Source: Leucoraja erinacea
Lineage: Eukaryota
Length of the DNA: 64,000 nucleotides
NCBI RefSeq assembly: GCF_028641065.1
Contig: NW_026576777.1
Location: forward strand, 1 to 64,000
Direction: 5' to 3'
Shown here: one piece after another, positions 12,886 through 26,700 of the stretch
How positions within the stretch are numbered: position 1 is the first letter of the stretch
Layout of the letters: every line of letters starts with the position of its first letter
The notes under the pieces: model-generated
Databases searched by the model: none
Seen by the model: the letters and a program-made list of their open reading frames with translations, nothing else
What the model was told of the DNA's origin: nothing
Program-made: the position numbers and the translations under genes

Positions 12886-15169
12886 ATGTTATTGTTTAAA
12901 GTTCAGCCATACTCTCTTACTGCTCTCGCTCAGTGAGTTCTTCCTGCCATCGATAACATAGCCACGTGTGTTTCCTCAGCACTTGCCTTCACTGCTCAGT
13001 TGTTCCACATGGCTTCCAGTTCCAATTCAAGGTCTCTAGGTTTCTGGGCCATCCTGGGTCCAAAGTACCTGGACCCTACTCACCACTACTTGCTACACAC
13101 CCCATCCATGCTCCGAGTTCTACACTCTACGCCATGTGCTGGCACCAGTCGTCTCTCACTCGACCTCACCTGCAGCTCCGTGCCTCACTCAGACATGGAC
13201 CTTAAATAAGATCCACGTCATCCTCTGCCTGAACCTCCTCCTCACAGTAATGCAGTGGCAGGGTGGTTGCTTACAATGCAAGAGACCCGAGTTTTATCCT
13301 GACTGTGTGGAGTTTGCACATTCTCCCTGTGACCATGTGTTTTTCCTTTGTTATCCAAATTCCCCCCACATCCCAAAGACATGCAGGTTTGTAGGTTAAT
13401 CGGCCCATATAGGATGCAAAAATGAGATAATGTTGAACTAATGTACAGGTGATCGATGGTCATCATGGACTCGGTGGCCGAAGGGCCTGTTCTATGCTGT
13501 CTCTTTGAAACTTAAAAATATTAACTCCCGGTTTTTATGTAGGCAAGTTTGGTTTCCCGTGGTTATCACGGACATTCTGTCGATGCCGATCATCGATCAC
13601 CCGTTCACACTAGTTCACTTTCTTATCCACTCCCTACACACTTGGAGCATCTTTACACCCAATTAACCTACAAACCCACACATCTTTGGAATGTGGTAGG
13701 AAACCGGAGCACCCGGAGCAAACCCAATTGCAAACTCCACACACAGACAACACCTGAGATCAGGATCGAAGCCGGGTCTCTGGCGCTGTGAAGCAACAGC
13801 TCCACCCGCTGGAAACCCACTATTATTAAAATGTTTATTTTCTTATTTTTCTCGTTCTGAAACCTTGACAGGTGTCCACTCTGTTTCTCTTCCCAATAAT
13901 AATATTTTCTGCTTTTGGTTTGGATTTCCAGTATCTGCAGTATTCAATACAGTATATTAATTGTGCTAATTGAAATGTTTAATCGTATATAATTTTAATG
14001 CACAGCCTTTCCCAGGGTTAATCAGAGAGCCTAGGTTCAAGGCGAGAGGGGAAAGATTTAATGGGTACCTGAGGGGCAACTTTTTCACAAAGATGGTGGT
14101 AGGTCTATGGAACGAGCTGCCAGTAGAGGTCCTTAAGGCAGGTTCAATAACATTTAAAATACATCTGGACAAATACATGGAAAAATAAAAGTACTACCTT
14201 CAGAAAGGAGATGAGGAATTAAAAGGGGGTACATTCAGAGGGTGGTGATTCTGGGATTCATTTCACAGACCAATATTTCACAGGCCAAGTCTTTAGGTAT
14301 TTCTGACAGGCTCTCAATTAGTAAGGTTATGAGGAGAAGGCAGGAAAATGGGGTTGAGAGGGAAAGATAGATCAGCCATGTTGAATGACAGAGTAGATTC
14401 AATGGACCAAATGGCCTAATTCTGCTCCGACAACGTGATCTTATGATAGGAAAGTTTTCGAGGGATTTGGGCTAAACATAGGCAGGAAATGGTTGGCATG
14501 GGCAAGTTGGGCTGAATGGCCTGATTCCAAGGATTCTGACTCGTACATGACAGTAGAGGCTGTGTTGAGAAAGTTGGTTGTACATTAGCTCCACGAATGA
14601 GTGATATATGATGCTGCAGAATTCAACAGTTTGGGAAAAGTCTTAACTCGTATTATACAGGTATATCGATCCATAAGCATATGCAATCAAGGACAATGCT
14701 TGGGATGAAAGGATTTAGAATTCACCCAATCTCATAAATCAGATTAGAAAGGGAGATGAGTTGGACGTTCTTGAATATTGTTTGAAGTGAGGCCTTTGAA
14801 TAAGTTTATCTCAGTGAAATAGTGGACTTTTGAAACATATTAATCATTAGCATCAGCATTTAATGTTTTTTTGCGAATTGCAATATAATGAATGTTAATG
14901 AAAAGCTAGCAATCGTATAAGTAGAGTTAGACACAATGCTGGAGTAACTTAGCAGGTCAGGCACATTCTCCAGAAAATGGATAGCTGCATTTCAGGTTGG
15001 GGCACTTCATCAGACATTGTCTAAAGAAGGGTCCCTACCCGAAATGTCACCTATCCATTTCTACAGAGAATTTGCTTGACCTGCTGAGTTACTCGAGCAT
15101 TGTGTGTCTTATCTTTGGTATAAACCAGCAGCTGCAGTTTCTTGTTATTATAACCATATAAGCAACTGG

Positions 15170-17003
15170 TTTAACCATATAACAATTACAGCACGGAAAC
15201 AGGCCATCTCGGCCCTACAAGTCCATGCCGAAACAAATTTTTTTCCCCTTAGTCCCACCTGCCTGCACTCGTACCATAACCCTCCATTCCCTTCTCATCC
15301 ATATGCCTATCCAATTTATTTTTAAATGATATCAATGAACCTGCCTCCACCACTTCAACTGGGAGCTCATTCCACACCGCCACCACTCTCTGCGTAAAGA
15401 AGTTCCCCCTCATATTACCCCTAAACTTCTGTCCCTTAATTCTGAAGTCATGTCCCCTTGTTTGAATCTTCCCTATTCTCAAAGGGAAAAGCTTGTCCAC
15501 ATCAACTCTGTCTATCCCTCTCATCATTTTAAAGACCTCTATCAGGTCCCCCCTTAACCTTCTGCGCTCCAGAGAATAAAGACCTAACTTATTCAACCTA
15601 TCTTAGTTGTAACTTAGTTGTAACTTAGTTGTTGAAACCCAGGCAACATTCTAGTAAATCTCCTCTGTACTCTCTCTATTTTGTTGACATCCTTCCTATA
15701 ATTTGGCGACCAAAATTGTACCCCATACTCCAGATTTGGTCTCACCAATGCCTTGTACAATTTTAACATTACATCCCAGCTTCTATACTCAATGCTCCGA
15801 TTTATAAAGGCTAGCATACCAAAAGCTTTCTTTACCACCCTATCTGTATGAGATTCCACCTTCAAGGAACTATGCACGGTTATACCCAGATCCCTCTGTT
15901 CAACTGTATTCTTCAATTCCCTACCATTTACCATGTACGTCCTATTTTGATTTGTCCTGCCAAGGTGTAGCACCTCACATTTATCAGCATTAAACTCCAT
16001 CTGCCATCTTTCAGCCCATTTTTCCAAATGGCCTAAATCACTCTGTAGACTTTGGAAATCCTCTTCATTATCCACAACACCCCCTATCTTAGTATCATCT
16101 GCATACTTACTAATCCAATTTACCACACCTTCATCCAGATCATTGATGTACATGACAAACAACAAAGGACCCAACACAGATCCCTGAGGCACCCCACTAG
16201 TCACCTGCCTCCAACCCGATAAACAGCCATCCACCATTACCCTCTGGCTTCTCCCATTCAGCCACTGTTGAATCCATCTTGCTATTCCTGCATTTATACC
16301 CAACATTTGAACCTTCTTAACCAACCTTCCATGAGGAACGTTGTCAAAGGCCTTACTAAAGTCCATATAGACAACATCCACTGCTTTACCCTCGTCAATT
16401 TCCCTAGTAACCTCTTCAAAAAATTCAAGAAGATTAGTCAAACATGACCTTCCAGGCACAAATCCATGTTGATTGTTCAGACCCTGTTTATCTAGATGCT
16501 TATATATATTGTCTCTAAGTATCTTTTCCATTAATTTGCCCACCACTGAAGTCAAACTAACCGGTCTATAATTGCTAGGTTTACTCTTAGAACCCTTTTA
16601 AAAAAACAATGGAACAACATGCGCAGTACGCCAATCCTCGGGGACTATTCCCGTTTCTAATGACATTTGAAATATTTCTGTCATAGCCCCGGCTATTTCT
16701 ACACTAACTTCCCTCAATGTCCTAGGGAATATCCTGTCAGGACCTGGAGACTTATCCACTTTTATATTTTTCAAAAGTGTCAGTACTTCTTTTACTTTGA
16801 ACCTCATAGTATCCATATCTACTCTACTAGTTTCCCTTACCTCACATAATTCAATATCCTTCTCCTTGGTGAATACCGAAGAAAAAAAATTGTTCAATAT
16901 CTCCCCCATCTCTTTTGGCTCTGCAGATAGCTGTCCACTCTGTCTCTCCAATGGACCAATTTTATCCCTCGTTATCCTTTTGCTATTAATATAGCTGTAG
17001 AAG
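15170..17003 (-). mobile_element. 5'-truncated CR1 LINE (family A)
   Basis: Minus-strand ORFs 16598-16951, 15614-16555 and 15249-15596 with RT motifs. Confidence 0.95.
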
Positions 17004-17504
17004 CATGGTCTTGGCTGTTGAAATGTTATAAATTAAACTTTAGACGTAATGCACACTTGATCAAGGACAGGACAGATCCAACAGTTGAGTGTTGGTTGGT
17101 GAAGATGGTGTAGTCAACATAAGGATGTTAATTTGTTGGAGCCTGGAAAAGCTGGATCATGGCTGAGATGAGGATGAAGGGAGAGGGAGGTAAATCACCA
17201 GATTTGTGCAAGGTGAAGACCAGATTGCAATGAGGTATCTGGGGCTTTCAACCTTGACCTTGTGGGAATTGCAGCATGACAAAGGTTAAGGTAATGTGCA
17301 TCCAGCTACAGTTTTGTAATTTGAATTTGTTTTAGTTCTTAGTTAAATAGTGGACTTTAGAAATATTAATCATTAGTGCTGGATTTTAATGTTTTGTTAA
17401 TTGCAATGTCATGAGTTTTAATGGAAAACTAGAAATCCTATTTTAGATGGTTTAGATGCATGTTCTGTGCTGTTGATTTTTTCAATATTCTGATATTTCA
17501 CGAA

Positions 17505-17880
17505 TGTTATAGGAATATTTCAATCTTGACCTTGTGGAAACTGCCATGTGAGGAAGATTAAGGTAGCATGCAACCAGCTACAATTGTCCAGCTAAAGATC
17601 CTTGAGCACAAGATTAAATGCAAATAGAGGATTGAAATGCATGCAGTTTCTAATTTGATATTCGTGCTTTTATGAACGTATTGTGATTGGTGATAGGAAT
17701 TTGAAGAGTGCGCAAGATTTCAATCGGTCAGAATGTATATAAAAGTCGACACTTGCAAGCAGAATTTCAGAGTAGTGCGGTAACTGGGACTGTATTGCTC
17801 TTCTCTTGCACATGTAAATAAAGAGTGTTTGAGAAACGAAAGCATGTTGTCTGAGTCCAGTTGATCAGGGATGACAACCT
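17505..17880 (+). mobile_element. Possible solo LTR remnant
   Basis: Starts TGTT and ends near GACA; TATATAAAA at ~17736 and AATAAA at ~17817 in LTR order; partly repeated at ~17250-17320; no TSD found. Confidence 0.3.
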
Positions 17881-18993
17881 GTGTGGGATTAGGTGGTCAC
17901 ATCACTTTCTGCCAGCTATTAATGGGATACAGTATCAATGAATCTTTATACTGTCCAAGAATGCAGTGGAAAGGTGTGAAGACACCCTAGATGGAATGAT
18001 GATGGGTGCACTCTAATATTCAGAGACACCTGTCCCCTGCTTGCTTCCGTTGGATTGTATAATGATTCATTTACAACAATACATTTGGGTCTCCATTGGG
18101 TGTTGGAGTCACAGCCGATCGTTCTACCGCACTGCATTACATTAAAGCCGCATTAATAGTTTTATTGAGCTTTTAAATTTGTGATTGAGTTTAAGTTTGG
18201 ACATTATAAAAATAATGTATATAGTTAACATACATTATTTTAACTAAATGTTCATTCTGAAGTGACTTAAGACAAGTGAATATTGCATGTTTTACAAATT
18301 GGATGAAATTAGGCTGCCTTCATGTTACATGAGAGAGAGAGTTTGTATGCAATAAGTGGGAATGACAAAGTCACTGGATGTTTGTTGGGTAGGTGACAAT
18401 GTTTCTGCCAGAATAGAAATACGAAAAAAATAACTTTGAGTCGTATTGTGTATCATTTGGTATGGTTTATTTCATTTCATTTTATTTTTTGTTACCAATT
18501 ATGAATTTTTTAAATAATTCATTAAGATTTCTGATGAAAAATCTAAACGTTAATTTTTCTATTTTTAGGAATTAACTTCACAAAGGTTGATTTAATTAAA
18601 AGTATATTCCCAATTATTTCCTGTGTTTGAGTTATATCTTTTGATTTGAATTAATATTGGTTGGATTTTGACTGAATTCCACAGGTGTCGGTGCTATTCA
18701 TTTTAATGTAATGATTCCAATTCTGGATACAAGACCTACCTACCCCTGTCTATTCAAAGATATATTTTTAAGTGGCAATTTGGCAAATACATTTGATTCA
18801 TTTTTAGGAGTGAGCAAAGTGAAATTGCCCAGTCAGCAGTGGCGCAGCGGGCAAAGTTTCTGCCTCACAGCGCCAGAGACCCAGGTTCAATCACGACCTC
18901 GGGTGCTGACTTTGTGAGTGTGTGTGTTTTTTTTCTCTCCCTTCAATGCTGTATCACTAAACTAAACTAAAACTGCATAATGGGTTATGGATA

Positions 18994-20952
18994 GAAAGTA
19001 TTCAGACCTACACTTTTTCCACATTTATATATTTAGACTCAGTACTTTGTTGAGGCACCTTTGGCAGCGATTCTGCCTCAGGTCTTCTTGGGTATGACGC
19101 TACAAGCTTGGCACACCTGTATTTGGGTAATTTCTCCCATTCTTCACTGCAGATCCTCTCAAGCTCTGTCAGGTTGGACGGGGACCATCGATGCACAGTT
19201 ATTTTCAGGTCCCTCCAGAGATATCTGCTCGGGTTCAAGTCCGAGTTCTGGCTGGGCTTGTAACAGACTTCACAGACTTGTCACGAAGCCACTCCTGCAT
19301 TGTCTTGGCTGTGTGCTTAGGGTCGTTGTCCTGTTGGAACGTGATCCTCCACCCCAGTCTGAGGTCCAGAACGCTCTGGAGCAGGTTTTCATCGAGGATC
19401 TTTCTGTACTTGGCTCTGTTCATCTTTCCCTCGATCCTGACTAGTCTCTCAGTTCCTGCCGCTGAAAAACATCCCCACAGCATGATGCTGCCACCACCAT
19501 GCTTCACCGTACGTATGGTATTGGCCAGGTGATGAGCCGTGCCTGGTTTCCTCCGGCTGTGACGCTTGGCATTCAGGTCAAATAATTCAATCTTGGTTTC
19601 ATCAGACCGATGGCCTCCAACGGGAAGAAGCCAGGGACTCTGGTGCCGACTCACCGTTGCCGTCGCGGAGCTGGCCGAGACCGGAGCGGGTGGAGCGGTG
19701 GAGGAGTGCTGCTGATGCTGCTGCCGCTGCTGCTGTTGCTGCTGCCGATGCCGCTGCTGCTGCTGCTGCTGCCGATGCCGCTGCTGCTGCTGAGTCGGAG
19801 GCTGCTACTGCGGGTCTGCGGACAGCGGCACGGGAGCCCGCGGGTCCCTGGAGGGAGACCGCTTTTCGGGGCTCCTGCAACGGCGAATTCTCCCGCCCGT
19901 GTTGCGGGGTTGAAGAGCTCCTGGAGCGGGGCCTGACACCACTGCCCCGCGCGGCTGGAATGGCCGCGGGACAATCGCCATCGCCAGCCGGGGGCTTTGA
20001 CTTTGACTCGGACATCGGGGGGGGGGGAGAGTGCAGTGGAGAGAAGTTTTTTTTGGCCTTCCATCACAGCTATGTGATGGATGTTTATGTAAAATGTAAT
20101 TATGTTGTGTCTGGGGTCTATTTGTGTGTAATGTATGGCTGCAGAAACGGCATTTCGTTTGGACCTCCAGGGGTCCAAATGACAATTAAATTGACTCTCT
20201 TGACTCTTTTTTCTCCTGCCTTTTGACAAACTCCAAGCGGACTGTCATATACCTTTTACTGAGGAGTGGCTTCCGTCTGGCCACTCTACCATAAATGCCT
20301 GATTGGTGGAGTGCTGCAGATATAATTGTCCTTCTGAAAAGTTCTCCCATCTCCACAGAGGAACTGGAGCTCTGTCAGAGTGACCATCGGGTTCTTGGTC
20401 ACCTCCCTGACCAAGGCCCTTCTCCCCCGATTGCTCAGGTTGGCCGGGCAGCCAGCTCTATAAAGAATCTTGGTGATTCCAAAGTTCTTCCATTTAAGAA
20501 TGACCGAGGCCACTGTGCTCTCCGGGACCTGCAATGCTGCAGAAATTGTTTTATACCCTTCCCCAGATCTGTGTCTCAACACAATCCTGTCTCGGAGGTC
20601 TACAGACAATTCCTTCATCTTCATGCCTTGGTTTTTACTCTGACATGCACTGTAGGACCTTATATAGACAGGTGTGTGCCTTTCCAAATCATGCCCAATC
20701 AATTTAATAATGGTGGAGTCCAATCAAGTTGTAGAAACATCTCAAGGATAATCAATGGAAACAGGATGAACCTAACCTCAATTTTGAGTGTCGTAGCAAA
20801 GGGTCTGAATACATGTAAATGTGATATTTCAGTTATTTATTTTTAATGAATTTGTATAAATTTCTAAACACCTGGTTTCGCTTCTACATTCTGTAGTGCT
20901 GTGTGTAGATTGATGATAGAAAAATGAATGTAATCCATTTTAAAATAAGACT
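18994..20952 (-). mobile_element. Tc1-family DNA transposon, decayed and interrupted by an insertion at ~19611-20210
   Basis: N-terminal KELSVDLRDRIV..GYKTIS..LVREVTKNP; catalytic [34 protein letters not shown]; gaaagtattcagacc and gggtctgaatac IR/DR-type motifs. Confidence 0.9.
19611..20210 (+). mobile_element. Non-autonomous retroelement fragment (GC-rich, GCT repeats, cttgact tail); related sequence at ~48248-48320(-) and ~42800-43730(-)
   Basis: The 3' end gcatttcgtttggacc..ggtccaaatgacaattaaattgactc is repeated in reverse at 48250-48320. Confidence 0.6.
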
Positions 20953-20954
20953 AA

Positions 20955-21116
20955 TGTCAGTCACCGCCTCGCTGATTGGTTTCCTCTCCTGTCAGTCACG
21001 GCCGGGACGGCAAACCTCCTTCCTGCACCATCGCTGCCCTGATTGGCCGCGTCATCTGTCAGTCACCGGTGGAGCTCGCCTCACCTGGCGTTGACTGACA
21101 AGAGAGGAGACCAATC
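20955..21116. promoter_or_regulatory. Cluster of three CCAAT + TGACTGACAG composite elements (NF-Y with PBX/PKNOX type)
   Basis: GATTGG-9nt-CTGTCAGTCA at 20974-20998 and 21041-21065; inverted TGACTGACAA-9nt-CCAATC at 21092-21116; extra TGTCAGTCAC at 20955. Confidence 0.6.
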
Positions 21117-21668
21117 CGCTGGACGCAGCGAGGAGAATATTCCAACGTGAAAGGCAGGGGTCTGCAACCTACGGCCCGCGGGCCGCATTTGACTCGTAAC
21201 CCAAAATCATCCGGCCCACGGCCGGTTTTATTCCCCTGACATCTACACTTCTTTACAAAAACCCGGAACTGGGCAAGAGGTTAGTTGGATTAATGGACGC
21301 GGTTCCACTCAAAGATCCTAGAGGAGCAAGATAGACCACTCCTTCGAAATCCAATGGGCTGGCGTGTAGTACGTGACGAAACGTCACGGCCGCCATTTTT
21401 CATCCAAAGCAAAGATCCTCGAGTATCTTGTAGCGGGTACAGCCCCCTCCTTTGCGTAGTTTCCCTTGCATTGTATTGCTTTAACACACACTGCACAAAA
21501 TTAAATTTAACGTATACATATTATATATATTTATATGAATGCGTGTCTGTGTGTGAGAGGCAAGTTAGAGATAATTAAGTTTATTCTCATGGATCAGAAG
21601 CAAATTTGATTTAAATAATCACTATTAATTTATTTGTCTTGTAAGATGATATACATAAACCATAAAGG

Positions 21669-21819
21669 NNNNNNNNNNNNNNNNNNNNNNNNNNNNNNNN
21701 NNNNNNNNNNNNNNNNNNNNNNNNNNNNNNNNNNNNNNNNNNNNNNNNNNNNNNNNNNNNNNNNNNNNNNNNNNNNNNNNNNNNNNNNNNNNNNNNNNNN
21801 NNNNNNNNNNNNNNNNNNN
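21669..21819. other. Assembly gap (151 N) next to AT/AC low-complexity repeat 21820-21935
   Basis: Run of n. Confidence 1.
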
Positions 21820-21937
21820 CATATGGATACATTTATATGCATACATACACACATATAAACATATATATACATACATATATACACATATATACATATACAT
21901 GCATATATACACATGCATATATATTTATACATATGAT

Positions 21938-23107
21938 TAACATGTAGAGGAACCAAAGAGAGCAGGCTATTTTAGACTGGGTATTGAGTAATGAGGAAGG
22001 GTTAGTTAGCAATCTTGTTGTATGTGCCCCCTTGGGCAAGAGTGACCATAATATGGTTGAGTTCTTCATTAGGCAGGCAGTGACTAGTGGGGTACCGCAA
22101 GGCTCAGTGCTGGGACCCCAGCTATTTACAATATATATTAATGATCTCGATGAAGGAATTGAAAGCAATATCTCCAAGTTTGCGGATGACACTAAGCTGG
22201 GGGGCAGTGTTAGCTGTGAGGAGGATGCTAGGAGACTGCAAGGTGACTTGGATAGGCTGGGTGAGTGGGCAAATGCTTGGCAGATGCAGCATAATGTGGA
22301 TAAATGTGAGGTTATCCATTTTGGTGGCAAAAACAGGAAAGCAGACTATTATCTAGATGGCGGCCGACTAGGAAAAGGGGAGATGCAGCGAGACCTGGGT
22401 GTCATGGCACACCAGTCATTGAAAGTAGGCATGCAGGTACAGCAGGCAGTGAAGAAAGCGAATGGTATGTTAGCTTTCATAGCGAAAGGATTTGAGTATC
22501 GGAGCAGGGAGTTTCTACTGCAGTTGTACAGGGTCTTGGTGAGACCACACCTGGAGTATTGCGTACAGTTTTGGTCTCCAAATCTGAGGAAGGACATTAT
22601 TGCCATAGAGGGAGTGCAGAGAAGGTTCACCAGACTGATTCCTGGGATGTCAGGACTGTCTTATGAAGAAAGACTGGATACACTTGGTTTATACTCTCTA
22701 GAATTTAGGAGATTGAGAGGGGATCTTATAGAAACTTACAAAATTCTTAAGGGGTTGGACAGACTAGATGCAGGAAGATTGCCCCCGATGTTGGGGAAGT
22801 CCAGGACAAGGGGTCACAGCTTAAGGATAAGGGGGAAATCCTTTAAAACCGAGATGAGAAGAACCTTTTTCACACAGAGAGTGGTGAATCTCTGGAACTC
22901 TCTGCCGCAGAGGGTAGTCGAGGCCAGTTCATTGGCTATATTTAAGAGGGAGTTAGATGTGGCCCTTGTGGCTAAGGGGATCAGAGGGTATGGAGAGAAG
23001 GCAGGTACGGGATACTGAGTTGGATGATCAGCCATGATCATATTGAATGGCGGTGCAGGCTCGAAGGGCCGAATGGCCTACTCCTGCACCTAATTTCTAT
23101 GTTTCTA
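21938..23107 (+). mobile_element. CR1 family B with a large internal deletion (endonuclease end fused to RT at ~22072); left arm of the inverted duplication
   Basis: ORF 21984-23018 reads ..SDHNMVEFFIR|[11 protein letters not shown].. Confidence 0.9.
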
Positions 23108-23687
23108 TTATTTTCCAACGATCAATAGATTTACGATCAGTTCCTGTGGATTGGAGGATAGCTAATGCTATCCCACTTTGCAAGAAAGGAGCGAGAGAGA
23201 AAACGGGGAATTACAGACCAGTTAGCCTGACTTTGGTGGTGTGAAAGATGCTGGAGTCAATTATTAAAGATGTAATAATGGGACATTTGGATAGCAGTAA
23301 AAGGATTAGTCCAAGTCAACATGGATTTATGATTTTACAATGCATTTAAGCCTCTCCCATTTTTATGAGATGAATTCCTGGAATATGTAGGAAGTATATT
23401 GTAACCTAGTGCTACTTGCCTGAACAATGGATGATATATCACTTAAATGCAATTGTTTTCAGTTGTGTGGAGAAACCTGTATATTGAAAATGCGTTTTGC
23501 CTCTAATATGTCAATTTACCTTAAATGTAGAAGAGCTTATTAAAATCTTCTTACAAAGACCATTAAGTATTTTCTATCTATCCTCTTTTGGACCCAAGGC
23601 ATAGCAGAGCTGCCAACTCTCACGAAGAGGTAAGGGAGGGAGAGATGGAAGGGAGGGGAGAGAGGGAAGGGAGGGAGATCGCGAAGA

Positions 23688-23725
<38 letters not shown>

Positions 23726-26700
23726 GAGAGAAGAGATGGGAGCGAGAGATCGAGAGGAGGGGAGAGAGAGATCGGGAGAAGAGAGGGAGAAGGGGGGAGA
23801 GGGAGAAGGGGAAAGGGGGGACAGGGAGAAGGGGGGAGGGAGAAGGGGGACAGGGACAAGGGGGAGAGGGAGAAGGGGGAGAGGGAGAGTGGAACGATAG
23901 CACATTATAACGCGCAGCCGTCCCATTCCGACCAAAGATTATAGAGCAGAGCTCCACTAGTATCTTTGATTGCGGCCGCCGCCACTGAAACCCCCGACCC
24001 ACCATTGCACCCAAAGATGAAAGAGCAGAGTTATATAATATTTGATTGCACCCTTCTTCACAGCGGGCTTGTGATCTTTGCTTGTGATGTCTTGTATGTA
24101 TGTGAGTGTTGTTTGCTATGTCCCTATGTTCGAGGAATATAATGGGTAACAGCCGCCCATTCTCGGACTTGAATCTGAGCTCGAAAAATCTCCTGGTCAC
24201 TGGCAAAGATCCTAGAGGAGCAAGATAGACCACTCCTCGAAAAACGCGTAGTATCACGTGTGTGATCGTCGACGCCATTTTTCGAGGCATTTATTGGGCT
24301 TCCCCCATAATGTCATGGCGTCCTTATCTAAATTCCATCTCACTGCTCTGCTATCAAGTATTCTAATCGTCAATCTAAACGACCCAACCTGTCATTCTTT
24401 AGGTTCCCCAATAAAAAAGAAAGGTGAGAAAATATTTTTATTATTTTCAGTCGATATTCTGTCGTAGAAATGTTATTTTCTGTTCTCCCATCAACGGCCA
24501 TTGTGAAACTGGGTTTGTCGGTACATTAGAAAGTTATTAGACTTATTTTTAATAGATCTTTACTCACCACAATAATAAAGACAATTTTAACACTTCTGTA
24601 CGTTTTTGGTTTTGTTTTGTAAGGGATTAGTCTCCACAATATGGCCCGCGGGACACATTAGGTCCAGTGACCAGGAGATTTTTCGAGCTCAGATACGTCC
24701 GAGAATGGGCGGCTGTTACCCATTATATTCCTCGAACGTAGGGACATAACAAACAACACTCACATACATACAAGACATCACAAGCAAAGATCACAAGCCC
24801 GCCGTGAAGAAGGGTGCAATCAAATATTATATAACTCTGCTCTATCATCTTTGGGTGCAATGGTGGGCCGGGGGGTTCGGTGGCGGCGGCCGCAATCAAA
24901 GATGCTAGTGGAGTTCTGCTCTATAATCTTTGGTCGGAATGGGACGGCTGCGCGTTATAATGTGCTATCGTTCCACTCTCCCTCTCCCGCTTCTCCCTGT
25001 CCCCCTTCTTCCTCCCCCCTTCTCCCTGTCCCCCCTTTCCCCCTTCTCCCTCCCCCTTCTCCCTCTCCCCCTTCTCCCTCTCCCCCTTCTCCCTGTCCCC
25101 CCCTTTCCCCTTCTCCCTCTCCCCTTCTCCCTCTCCCCCTTCTCCCCCCTTCTCCCTCCCTTCTCCCTCTCTCCTCTCGATCTCTCTTTCCCCTCCTCTC
25201 GATCTCTCGCTCCCCTCTCTTCTCTCGATCTCTCTCTCTCTCTCTCTCCCCCTCTCTTCGCGATCTCCCTCCCTTCCCTCTCTCCCTCCCTTCCATCTCT
25301 CCGTCCCTTACCTCTTCGTGAGAGTTGGCAGCTCTGCTATGCCTTGGGTCCAAAAGAGGATAGATAGAAAATACTTAATGGTCTTTGTAAGAAGATTTTA
25401 ATAAGCTCTTCTACATTTAAGGTAAATTGACATATTAGAGATAAAACGCATTTTCAATATACAGGTCTCTCCACACAACTGAAAACAATTGCATTTAAGT
25501 GATATATCATCCATTGTTCAGGCAAGTAGCACTAGGTTACAATAAACTTCCTACATATTCCAGGAATTCATCTCATAAAAATGGGAGGCTTAAATGCATT
25601 GTAAAATCATAAATCCATGTTGACTTGGACTAATCCTTTTACTGCTATCCAAATGCCCCATTATTACATCTTTAATAATTGACTCCAGCATCTTTCACAC
25701 CACCAAAATCAGGCTAACTGGTCTGTAATTCCCCGTTTTCTCTCTCGCTCCTTTCTTGAAAAGTGGGATAGCATTAGCTATCCTCCAATCCACAGGAACT
25801 GATCGTAAATCTATTGATCGTTGGAAAATAATAGAAACATAGAAATTAGGTGCAGGAGTAGGCCATTCGGCCCTTCGAGCCTGCACCGCCATTCAATATG
25901 ATCATGGCTGATCATCCAACTCAGTATCCCGTACCTGCCTTCTCTCCATACCCTCTGATCCCCTTAGCCACAAGGGCCACATCTAACTCCCTCTTAAACA
26001 TAGCCAATGAACTGGCCTCGACTACCCTCTGCGGCAGAGAGTTCCAGAGATTCACCACTCTCTGTGTGAAAAAGGTTCTTCTCATCTCAGTTTTAAAGGA
26101 TTTCCCCCTTATCCTTAAGCTGTGACCCCTTGTCCTGGACTTCCCCAACATCGGGAGCAATCTTCCTGCATCTAGTCTGTCCAACCCCTTAAGAATTTTG
26201 TAAGTTTCTATAAGATCCCCTCTCAATCTCCCAAATTCTAGAGAGTATAAACCAAGTGTATCCAGTCTTTCTTCATAAGACAGTCCTGACATCCCAGGAA
26301 TCAGTCTGGTGAACCTTCTCTGCACTCCCTCTATGGCAATAATGTCCTTCCTCAGATTTGGAGACCAAAACTGTACGCAATACTCCAGGTGTGGTCTCAC
26401 CAAGACCCTGTACAACTGCAGTAGAACCTCCCTGCTCCTATACTCAAATCCTTTTGCTATGAAAGCTAACATACCATTCGCTTTCTTCACTGCCTGCTGC
26501 ACCTGCATGCCTACTTTCAATGACTGGTGTACCATGACACCCAGGTCTCGCTGCATCTCCCCTTTTCCCAATTGGCCACCATTTAGATAATAGTCTGCTT
26601 TCCCGTTTTTGCCACCAAAATGGATAACCTCACATTTATCCACATTATACTGCATCTGCCAAACATTTGCCCACTCACCCAGCCTATCCAAGTCACCTTG

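Noticed and set aside
19602-20229. Poly-Ala, poly-Ser and poly-Leu ORFs
   Set aside because: Products of a GCT repeat inside a retroelement inserted in Tc1
21611-21956. ORFs containing X runs
   Set aside because: Artefacts of the N gap and the AT microsatellite
23540-25367. Pro/Ser-rich and Arg/Glu/Gly-rich ORFs
   Set aside because: Translations of GA/CT low-complexity tracts in the palindrome arms
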